Origin: Chara braunii
Lineage: Eukaryota > Plantae > Charophyceae
Direction: 5' to 3'
Assembly (NCBI GenBank): GCA_003427395.1
Contig: BFEA01000001.1
Coordinates: 8,131,623 to 8,186,558 of the forward strand
Length of the DNA: 54,936 bases
Numbering within the stretch: position 1 is the first letter of the stretch; each line of letters begins with the position of its first letter. A model generated the notes under the pieces. It did not search any database. It saw only the letters and a program-made list of their open reading frames with translations, and was not told the DNA's origin. The position numbers were made by a program, and so were the translations under genes. Below, one piece after another: positions 36,200 through 46,885 of this stretch.

Positions 36200-36831
36200 T
36201 CAGTAATCACTATTCCTTAGAAAGATGTCGTTGACAACTCTACCCCATATGCACCTACTGTGGCAAGGCTTCCCCCCCGGCCTGTGCGGTCCCGGAGCAC
36301 TGCCTCTTGGCATGCCCGATGGTCGCCCAAATCTGGCAGTGGTGGGATGCCTCCTGTCACTCCCTAACAACACACCACATCCCATGGGACCTTGGTCTCT
36401 TGCTCCTGGGGAAGAACCTCCACCACCTGGCCCAATGGTCCCCCTATGCGGTCAACCTGTTTTCATATACAAGGCTCCATGTCCTGGTGCTGCCCTGGCG
36501 AACAAGGTGCTCGTTTGAACGGAAAGACCACCAATTTGGCTTTCAGCAGGCCCTGCAGGTGTTGGAGGAGGTCATCAGATCCCACACCCACGAAACCTGG
36601 AAAACCATGAAACAAGCTCATAGGGGGGAAAGGGAACCGCAGGCCAAAACTGCCATCATCGACTCCTACAGCCAAACATGGCAAGACCCCCGCAGGCTGT
36701 CCAGCGTATTGGATGCAGAACTGAACATCCTGTGGAAGCCCTGGAGGTCCTCAGAACAGACCTGGATGAGAAGACCCATGAACAACTTCCACATCCCGTA
36801 CCTCCAAACTGACTTCATCCTGCTCCGATGA
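36200..36831 (+). mobile_element. Family B LINE ORF2 C-terminal fragment (copy B2)
   Basis: CPMVAQIWQWWDASCH..HIPWDLGLLLLG..LAQWSPYAVNLFSYTRL aligns with 17434-18591 (CSMVVQLWSWWDAAWH..VAQWSPFMINLFTYTRL). Confidence 0.9.
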
Positions 36832-36849
36832 GCCACTCCATCGCGCCCC

Positions 36850-37382
36850 CCTTCTTCTTCTTCTTCTTCTTCTTCTTCTTCTTCTTCTTCCTCCTTCTTC
36901 TTCCTCCTCCTTCTTCCTCCTCCTTTCTCCTCCTCCTCCTTTCTCCTCCTCCTCCTCCTCCTCCTCCTCCTCCTCCTCCTCCTCCTTCTTCTTCTTCTTC
37001 TTCTTCTTCTTCTTCTTCATCTTCTTCGTCTTACGTCTGCTCGTCTTCTCCTCCCTCTTCTTCTTCTCCCACTCATTGTCTTCTTCTCTTCTTCTACTCC
37101 TAGCCTGCTTCGCTTCTACTCTTCTTCTTCTTCTTAGACTTCTTTCACCCTTCTTCTGTTACCCCCCTCCTCTTCTTCGTCTCCCTCCTCCTCTCCTCGT
37201 CTACTTCCTCCTCTCCTCTCCTCATCTACTTTCTCCTTTCCTTGTTGTTATCTTCTTCCACTCGTGCTTTTTTACTCCCTCGTCCTCCTCCTCCCCTCCT
37301 CTTCTTCTCGTCCTCCGTTAGCCACAGCCATCGTTTTTTAATTTTTCTTTCTACCTCCTCCTCCTCTTCCTCCTCCTCCTCT
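36850..37382. repeat. (TTC)n/(CTC)n polypyrimidine tract
   Basis: Read directly. It follows the B2 ORF end, as a CCT run also follows the B1 ORF end. Confidence 0.9.
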
Positions 37383-37677
37383 GTTAGCCATAGGACCGTA
37401 GGGCCTGGCATCAATTTTTTTTTGCAGAATCCCTTCCCCCGCCCCCCCTTCCGGCACACCCCTAAAAACAAATTCCAACCTTCAAAGTTTTATTGCGGAA
37501 TCCGACAGATCTTGGAAAGCGCAGTCGGATCCTGTGAAAAAAAAAAAAAAAAAAAAAAAATTGGGCAATTTTTTGGGCCATCCGGTTTCCCGGTTGACCC
37601 CCCGTGGGCAGGTCCGGGCCCGGTTGGACAGGGCCAGCTCAACCGGCCGGTTGCCAGCCCAGCCCTGATGTATAGTC

Positions 37678-37755
37678 TTTTTTTTTTTTTTTTTTTTTTT
37701 TGCTCCAATCTTTTCGTGGGGAGCAGCACATGCTGGGAACCCGGCCCGACGTCCC
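37678..37755 (-). mobile_element. Divergent LINE 3' tail copy with poly(A)
   Basis: Poly-T, then gctccaatcttttcgtggggagcagcacatgctgggaacccggcccgacgtccc. Confidence 0.7.
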
Positions 37756-38153
37756 TTATATTGGAAATACATTCATGATTGATGATCATTGATGATCATT
37801 GATGATAATTTGGGATGATTGAGGATCATTTAGGATGATTCAGGATGATGCAGTGGATGATTGAGGTCGTGATATAGAGATAGATGATGATAGATGATAA
37901 CTAATCAGAATGATTGTCTACTCAGCACTCAGATACTATCCTATCCCTAATTTGCTGTATCCGTTCCAACCAACCAATCACAACTAAGCCTGTGCTGTGC
38001 ACCAATCAGGCCTCTTCCTGGTCTCACGCCCCAATCTGGCTCGGTTACAGGGCAGCGCTACCCACCCCAGCTCCAACCATCGTTGACCAGATTGTAGCCA
38101 TTAGTCAAGTTTGCAGATCGCCTTCCTCCCTCGGCAATCCCAGACCTCTATAC

Positions 38154-38191
38154 CTGTCTCTTATACACATCTAGATGTGTATAAGAGACAG
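38154..38191. other. Nextera mate-pair junction adapter, assembly artefact
   Basis: Exact ctgtctcttatacacatctagatgtgtataagagacag between identical ~157-bp flanks. Confidence 0.98.
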
Positions 38192-38491
38192 GTGCACCAA
38201 TCAGGCCTCTTCCTGGTCTCACGCCCCAATCTGGCTCGGTTACAGGGCAGCGCTACCCACCCCAGCTCCAACCATCGTTGACCAGATTGTAGCCATTAGT
38301 CAAGTTTGCAGATCGCCTTCCTCCCTCGGCAATCCCAGACCTCTATACAAAGCCTCAAGCTCCTACTCAAGCAGGTTACAGGGCAGCGCCCCAGCGCCGG
38401 CCAGCGTCGTTCTGGCGCCAACTCAACATGGCCATTACACAAAAAGGCTCAATTAGGAAATTAGCTAAGCTAGAATGGCAACTAGAAATCT

Positions 38492-39973
38492 TTGTTTGTT
38501 TTTTTTTTTTGAAACTTCCCCCCGCCAGTGATAGTGTTGCTGGTACGAGCAGACATCACTACCACCCGGGGAGAGACTCCATCTATTGGTGGGGAGCTTC
38601 ACCTGCTGGAAACCGGGTCCAGCATCCCATAAATGTTGCACAGTAATTCAGTATCATAAGGTGACACCCTGCCAACATTGATTACCCTGGGACCCAGGGG
38701 ATTGACTGAGCAGGAGGCACAGAAAAAAAAAGGGGGGGGGAGCCTCTTCACCTCAAATCCGGCGCCGAGTATCTACTGCTATACACTAGCTCCCCCCTTC
38801 CCTTACCCTCCCCTAGCTGCACTTCGTAAAAAGCTCTTTTTTGAGAAAACCAACAGGCTGGGTCGCAGAACTCAAGAATTCCTTTTTACTCTCCCCCATA
38901 CCAGGAAAGCTCGACCAGGCTATTTGCTGGGGGGGGAAAGAAATCTGGGAAATCACTACTTGGCCTCATCGGGATTGAGGCATCCAGGCTGGTCCAGTTG
39001 TTGAAGAGGAGTTTGTAATCCCTGTTGATTGTCAGGTCGCCCTCGTTCTCCTTTTGTCCCCCATTTCCCCCAGTCCATTCCACTTTCCCAATCCTCCCTC
39101 CAGTTTCCCCCCCGAGCCAGCTTTTGCAGAAATCTTGTATCCTCTGTTTTATTTCATCTGCAGTATGAATGTGTTGGATCTGTGACTTGGTTACCTCCCA
39201 CCTTGCTCTTATGGTCGTTTGGATTTGCTGTTGTATGCTTTCCGTAAATTCTGGCCCGTCCAGCCTGACCTCTTCCATTTCATATGTGCAGCGTCGTCTC
39301 CAAAGCGCCCATAGTGGACTGGTTATTTCTAGATAAATGCCTGGAAAGACTCAACTTTGGACCCGACTTTAGACGATGGGTGCAGATTCTTCATAGGAAC
39401 GCAACAACTAGGGTTATGGTCAACGGTAAGAAAGCAACCGGGGAATGAATGACACAGACCTCAGACGAGCGGTGGGGGCGCAGCGCTACCGGGAGTGCTG
39501 CGCCCCGGCACCAACCGCGGCGCGGAGTGAGGCGGTGAAGCGGGAGGGTGCCTGGTTCGCACCGCTTTCGCTTTGAAGTGTCCATACGAACGAACTAAGG
39601 CATGGCGATGGCGTGATGGAGACGCTGGTGGGGTTAGGAGTTGCTGGACAGGGTGTCGAGCTTACAGCGGCTACTTATTAAGCGTTTTGTGCACGCGCGG
39701 GGAGCAAAGGTGCTGGTCTACACCGTATCACAGGTTGATAGGGAGACTAGACTGACTCCCGGGGGCTTCCTGGGAGTTCCGCGTCCATACTCCATTGCTG
39801 CTGCGTTTCTGCCCGTGGCATAGAGCCTGTGAGGTGTCGCCTCTGGTGATGTCTGTGGAGTTCGGCGGAGAGAGCCTTGGGCAACCCGAAGTGCGAGTGA
39901 AGTAACTGCCCGTCATCACCAGTGTCCTCGTTCATCGCCATCATCATTTTTTCATGATCATTACGTCGCCGCT

Positions 39974-40018
<45 letters not shown>

Positions 40019-40726
40019 TGCATCTGCATCTGCATCATCAACATCATCATCAGGGTGCGGCTCATCATCACCATCATCAGGGCGCTGGGCGTCATCATCA
40101 TCAGAGCACTGGGCGCTGTTCGTCATCGAGCTGATGCTCGTCATCATCATCATCAAGGTTGGTCAGTATCATCACCAGCAGCAGCACTGACGTCTCGTGT
40201 GCGTGGTCGTCGTCGTCGTCATCATCATTATCATCATCATCATCATCATCATCATCATTATCATCTTCAAAATCAATATCATCATCATCATTATCATCAT
40301 CAGCAGCATTACCGTCGTGATCATCATCATCAGGGTGTTGGGCGTCATCATCATCAGGGCACGGGGCGCTGTTCGTCATCAAGCTGAGTTTCATCATCAA
40401 CAGCATCAAGGGGGTGATTCGTCGTCACTATCATCCTTTGGTGATTGCTCATCATCATCATCATCGTCATCATCATCATCAGGGAGCGGTTTGTCACCGC
40501 CATCATCATCATCATCCCGTAAATGGGTCGCCATCATCATCAGGGCGTTGGGCGTCATCATCACCAGAGCGCTGAGCGCATCATCATCAAGGTTTGTCGG
40601 GATCATCATCAGTAGGGTGCTGCTCGTCGTCATCATCACCAGCAGCAGCACCAACGTCATCAACAGGAGGTGATTTATCATCACCATCATCCTTTCGTGA
40701 TCACAGGGCGATGTGCGTCGTCGTCG

Positions 40727-40767
<41 letters not shown>

Positions 40768-40785
40768 TTCAAAATCAGTATCATC

Positions 40786-40816
<31 letters not shown>

Positions 40817-43800
40817 CCAATACCGTCGTTATAGTCAGTATCATCGACATCATTATCATCATCATCAACAGCAGCAGTAGCATCAGCATCATCAATGCGT
40901 AAGCATAGCGTGTTGTGGGTTTTGTTCTTCAACATGACCAGTGTCAACATTCTGCCGCTATTACCATCATCATCATTTTGTCACCCTTAGATATTGCGGT
41001 TCAAGGCCTGGTTTGCCTCTCACATCAGTACGTGAGTTTGGTCGCCATCACCAGTATCAGCATCTTTAGGATACTGTTTATCGCCATCTGAAAATCCAAA
41101 AAAAAAAAATACAGCACGCGCTGGAAAACTGCACGCAGCAAGGAAAATGGCGCGCGCGCGCTCGACGATTGCGCGCGATTGGGCGCGTGCCCTGACCTGA
41201 AAATTGGACCACCGGTGGTCTATGTCGAGGAGCTGAGGTGGTCCAAATTTCAGATCAAATGGTCTAGTGGATCATGAAATATCGAACATTCAGGGTGCCC
41301 CATGAAATTCGAGTACGTCGGGCGAGGTATAGTGATTTTCACCATCTGTAGTATCACGATCATCAGCACTATTATCCTCATAGCTATCATCTGTTGTATC
41401 ACGATCATCAACACTATCATCCTCACAGCTACCATCTGTAGGCGATGTTGATCGCCACCACTATCTTTAGGCTACCGATTCACTCAAATAGTCATCTATA
41501 ACATTTCGATCATTATCACTACCATCATCAATATTAATATCAATCTGAAAACCTTTTAATCTCAGGGTACCGTTTTCAGCTACCTAATTATCCAATAGTC
41601 ATAAATATTTACATCCTGATTAGCTATATCTTGATTACCTACATCTAGATTACCTATATCTTGATCACCTATATCCTGACTACCTATATCTCGATCACCT
41701 ATTTCTTGATTACTTACTTCTTCATTACGACTATTTGTAGCAGAAATTTCAGACATAACGCTTTCATGTTGGGATTGTTTAGCAATTTCGCCACTGGGTT
41801 TTGCCCTGCATGTTCCCCCTTCGTTTCGCTTTTTTCATGAGTTTTTGCAGACGCTGTAGTGGGGATAGGACTTCGGAGGTTATGGCTGGAACTTTGGTAG
41901 GCAGGGGTTTTTTGAGACCCCAGGGTACAGATATACGGTAGTTACCCACAACAGGTCTGAGATCCACCTGGCCTAAGTTAGGGGATAAGCCAGGGAAAGG
42001 ACGGTAGGACTGTCAGCCTGGGCTCCGCCTGGCCTTGGGTAAGCTAGGGGAAGGAGAGATAGGGCTGGCCAGTTGTGGGTATAGACTACTAGTTAGTTGT
42101 CCCCGAAAAATTAACCCTGGGGTCTGTTATAGGGGAGCCTTATTCTACAGGGGTGTCGCATGATGGGAGGCAGTAGCCCTATTGGGAGTAGGGCAGATTG
42201 GGGATTGTCTGAGTTTGGGGCCGGGGTTGGAGAGTTGGTCGCCTTCAACCCCAGCGGGGGCAGATAGGGGAAAGGGGTGGGTAAAAGCAGCCTCTAGGAG
42301 GGGATTGGTTGTCGTTGCGGAGGTGGTGGTGAGAGGGGAGGGGATCTGTTTTATGTTGGGGCCGAGGGATTTTCCTCGGTGGAGGCAGCATGAGACAAGG
42401 TATAGTGGGTAGGGATTGTTTTGAGCTGTGACCAATGGAAGCGTATCCTTTCTACGGCGTCGTCAAAAAAGATCTGATGACATNNNNNNNNNNNNNNNNN
42501 NNNNNNNNNNNNNNNNNNNNNNNNNNNNNNNNNNNNNNNNNNNNNNNNNNNNNNNNNNNNNNNNNNNNNNNNNNNNNNNNNNNNNNNNNNNNNNNNNNNN
42601 NNNNNNNNNNNNNNNNNNNNNNNNNNNNNNNNNNNNNNNNNNNNNNNNNNNNNNNNNNNNNNNNNNNNNNNNNNNNNNNNNNNNNNNNNNNNNNNNNNNN
42701 NNNNNNNNNNNNNNNNNNNNNNNNNNNNNNNNNNNNNNNNNNNNNNNNNNNNNNNNNNNNNNNNNNNNNNNNNNNNNNNNNNNNNNNNNNNNNNNNNNNN
42801 NNNNNNNNNNNNNNNNNNNNNNNNNNNNNNNNNNNNNNNNNNNNNNNNNNNNNNNNNNNNNNNNNNNNNNNNNNNNNNNNNNNNNNNNNNNNNNNNNNNN
42901 NNNNNNNNNNNNNNNNNNNNNNNNNNNNNNNNNNNNNNNNNNNNNNNNNNNNNNNNNNNNNNNNNNNNNNNNNNNNNNNNNNNNNNNNNNNNNNNNNNNN
43001 NNNNNNNNNNNNNNNNNNNNNNNNNNNNNNNNNNNNNNNNNNNNNNNNNNNNNNNNNNNNNNNNNNNNNNNNNNNNNNNNNNNNNNNNNNNNNNNNNNNN
43101 NNNNNNNNNNAACCTAGCACCGCCAATCACCTTACAGAGATCGGTGCGACAGGGAGACCCGTTAGCTCCATTCCTCTTTGTTATAATTATGGAAGCCTTG
43201 GCAGCAAATTTAAGGACCCATAAAGACATAAAAAAACTACAGCTTTTCTCGATCTCGAAAGAAGCAATCCCGGTCTACTCCATGTTCGCTGACGACCTGA
43301 CCCTTATGGTGGATGCGACCCACGCATCGATGGAAGAAGTCCATCATATGATGGACCGCTTTTGTGCTTTGTCCGACATGAGAGTAAATTGGGGAAACAA
43401 AACTCTGGGATGGTGGATCCACCACCAGGGGGTAAGACCCCCGGAACACCCAAAGGTGAGGTGGCTACCCCCGGAAGCCTCGATCAGGGTCCTAGGCGTT
43501 TCCCTAACAGCCAACAGTAAACCAACAACAAACAACGAATGGATAGCTAGACCGCCCCTAGAAAAGTTGGCACTATGGAAAGAGAAACACACCCTGTTAT
43601 TGGGGAGAACCTTGGTGATCAATAATGTGGTGCTTGCCACCCTCTGGTACAGGTCAACCATCTGGGGACTAGACAAGGATACCCTGCGGTCTCTCCAGCG
43701 GCAGATAGCCGCATTCTTATGGCGTGGGAACCATGAAAATTAGAATGTGATTAACAGAGTCGCATGGCAATCGATTACACAGCCCAAAGTGAAAGGGGGG

Positions 43801-46800
43801 TTGGGCATAATTGATCCTACTATACAGATCAAGGCACTGGCCATACAATGGCTTAAGCCCCTGCTCTTCTGTCCACAAATCCCTTGGAAAGAGCTAGCCT
43901 TAGAACAGATCTCAAGGCTAGCCCCGGAGGCACCATCCTATATCAATCCGATCACGTGGCTTGAAAATAGAGACTGGACAATCCCGCGGTGACAGTCTCA
44001 ATGTGGAAATCTCCCATCTCACTCGCCAAAGCAAGAAGTGAGAAAGGACCTGCACAAAGACCCTTTCTGACCCACCCTCTTACAAATGTGGAGGAGTCTC
44101 CCCCTCCCAGACAAAACAGCACCCGAAAGATGGGAAGACGTGGTCCGTCAACCGCTATTTGGGAACAGGAGGATAACTAATTCAAAGGGCCAGATGTTAC
44201 ATTGTATGGATTCCCCTTGGAGAGGGAGGGTCAAGAGAGGGGTTTTGAGAATAAGGGATATCTGGGACATAGATAGGAGGGATTGGATCACGGGGGACTG
44301 CCTTAAGAAAAAACTGAGATACTGTCATAGACCAGAGCAAGCGATGGAAAACCTAATAGAATGTGTTCCCTTAAACTGGTGGAAAATTTTGAGGAAGGGG
44401 CCCTCGATACGAGAGTCCGACTGGGTAGCAATTTGGGGATGTCGGGGAGAGGTGGGCAACGTGATAAGTTGTGACCCGAGAGGACAGGTGGTGGTGGACA
44501 CATTCATAATCGATAACGAGAATCTCCTTCAAAAGACTAGTCCAAACCAAATACAGGTCATCGAAAAGAACGATCTCTCGAGAATCAGGATGCTGCGGGA
44601 GAAGGAGGGATGGGTGGCATTCTCCCCCGAAACGCCGATATCCCATCTACCCCTAGACCCTCTTGAATGGGAATGGACAAGCCCAATCAGCAGAGGCAAA
44701 CACAGCACCAAAACGCTGTATAACCTCTCAGTTAAGGCAACATACCGACTGCTGTGCCCCAAAATCAATCTTAAGGACCAGGTGGAAGCAAGATGGATGA
44801 AACATCTGAACATTAGCAGAAACTCGCTGAATGGTGTGAAATGGTTTAAGTTAACAAAAATGAGACCGGCGAACGTCGCCTCCCTGCAATGTCAGATGGA
44901 GCATCGCTGCCTACCAACCAATAATTGGTTGATAGACATGACCACTCTTGAACAGAGAGGACTCACGCTCCCCTGGTGTAAACTATGCTCCAGTGCATTC
45001 CCATCTAGAAAAAGACCTGAGACAATAGAACATATTCTTCTGCAATGCCCCGGTGCGGTCTGACTCTGGCGTTGGTGGCATAGGGTGTGGGAGCAGTTAG
45101 GAACAGCGGTACCCTTGTCCACGTGATCATAAGCTTTCTCAAAGTCAATGAAAATAATCGCTGCGTTTTGTTTAGATTGTCTTGTTAGCTTAATCACTTC
45201 ATTGACTAAGAGAATGTTGTCCTGAATATTTATACTCTTAATGAACCCTGTCTGGTTTGGGTGTATGATGTCATCCATCACTTTGATCAGCCGGTTTGCC
45301 AATGCTTTGGCTAGCATCTTGTAAACCACTGTCAGAAGTGTAATCGGTCTGTAGTTCCTTATGTTGGTTTTTGCACCTTTTTTGTATAAGAGTGTTAGAA
45401 CTCCCCGCCCTACGAATTCACCTGTTTCTCCGGTCTCCCACATTCTTTTATAGAAATTCATTAGATCCTGTGAGATGTCTTCCCACATTACCTCCCAGAA
45501 TTCCTTCGGTAGACCGTCTATGCCCGAGGTTTTCTCCTCCTCCATCAGCATGAGTGTTGTCCACACTTCTTCTTTTGTGAGGCGCTGTTCTAACATCCCT
45601 TTTTGTTGGTCTGTTAGGGTTCTGGTGAGGGGCAGCAAGAACTCGTCAATGTCTTTCATTCTCTGTACGTCAGGTTGGGTCTCACACTCTGATTTAAAGA
45701 GCTCTTGAAAAAAATCCCTGGCTATTTTTGTGCAGGCCGCTGTGGACGTCAACCACGGCCCTTGACAAGCTTTCGGGTCCTCCAGGGCTTCTATCGTTGT
45801 TCGCCCTAGTTTGACCTTGGCCATTGCAAAAAATCTTGTGTCCATGGTTGCTTCCACGTTGTATTTGTGAAGTTTACCCCTGATCCTAATGCCTTGCCAC
45901 CGGTGTTCCATCTGCGCCAGAATCCGGGTTTCCAGAGTCTGTATTTCGTCAGCTAGATCGGCTGACCTCGCAGGATCGTTCGTGTTTTCTTCCTGCTGTT
46001 GGCGTTGCTGAAGTTTGTGTTGGAGATGTGATTCTTCTGCGTTCCGTTGGGCTGCGAGCTGTTTTGAGTATTCATTGCACTTGCGGCCCAGAAATGTCAG
46101 GCCGTTGTTGAACCATAGTATGTCGTTCTGAATTAATGCCTTTTGTTGGCGCCAATAGGCCCAGACTTTTTTCAGATAGGTTTTAAAACGGTCTATGGCC
46201 AACAAGGAGGTGTTAAGTTTATAAAAACCCCTCCCTTGATCAGGCTTCTTCCGAAATGAGAGAAGGGTCAGACACATTGCGTGGTCTAGCCCTGGGTGCA
46301 GGCTGCGGGGAAAGATTTATGTTATTTGCAGTGCCCCCTGCAGTTCCTTTGAGATGAGTATTAAGTCAATGCGTGATTTAGATGTCTTCTGCGCCTGGTT
46401 CTTGCGGAAGCAGGTGAACTCCCGTCTGGTGGGGAACGCCTGCCTGAAGGAGTCTACTAAATGGAAAGTTTGAGTCAGTTTCGCAATAATTTTTTCGTCA
46501 TTCTCCACGTAGAAGGGGCACGGGGACAGAATGTTCCATCTATCCAGCCATCGATCCGGGGCCGCGTTGAAATCCCCTGCCATTATTATTGGAATACCCA
46601 CCGGTAATTTGTTTTGAGTTTTTCATAGAAAATTTGCCGCTCCCTAGGGTCATTTGGGCCGTGAACATTGAGGATGCTCACCACTTCTATTTCCAACATT
46701 GCCAAGATATATACCCATATCCCCTCTTCCTTGTCCATTTCCCAGTTAAGCAGTTTCACCCTTGATCCTGGGGGGAGCCAAATAGCCACCCCTCCGCTGC

Positions 46801-46885
46801 CCGGCTTCCGGGCATGGGCCTGAAACGCTTGGTGCGGCCAGATTTCTTTACGGATATGATTATGATCCGGGGTATCCGCCAGGTG
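38492..46885 (-). mobile_element. Family A LINE copy A3: 5'-truncated within EN, internally inverted, with a foreign insert
   Basis: 17-bp TSD atggcaacta(g/a)aaatct at 38475-38491 and 46886-46902. EN to mid-RT at 46885-45113 (minus); RT to zinc finger at 43111-45112 (plus); C-terminus, tail and poly(A) at ~39320-38492 (minus). Confidence 0.88.
39930..40900. repeat. (CAT)n-rich degenerate microsatellite with higher-order units
   Basis: CAT runs with recurring cagggcgctgggcgtcatc spacers. Complementary GAT-rich tracts at ~37775-37900 and ~47480-47730. Confidence 0.9.

Noticed and set aside
38154-38191. Genuine Tn5/IS50 insertion or horizontal transfer
   Set aside because: It is the exact synthetic mosaic-end junction adapter with no transposase.
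39944-40950. Poly-Asp/His/Met/Ile ORFs
   Set aside because: These are translations of the (CAT)n repeat in several frames, with no domain signal.
44892-46277. Novel RT with an unusual C-terminus
   Set aside because: The C-terminal residues after AYDHVD are antisense read-through across the inversion junction.
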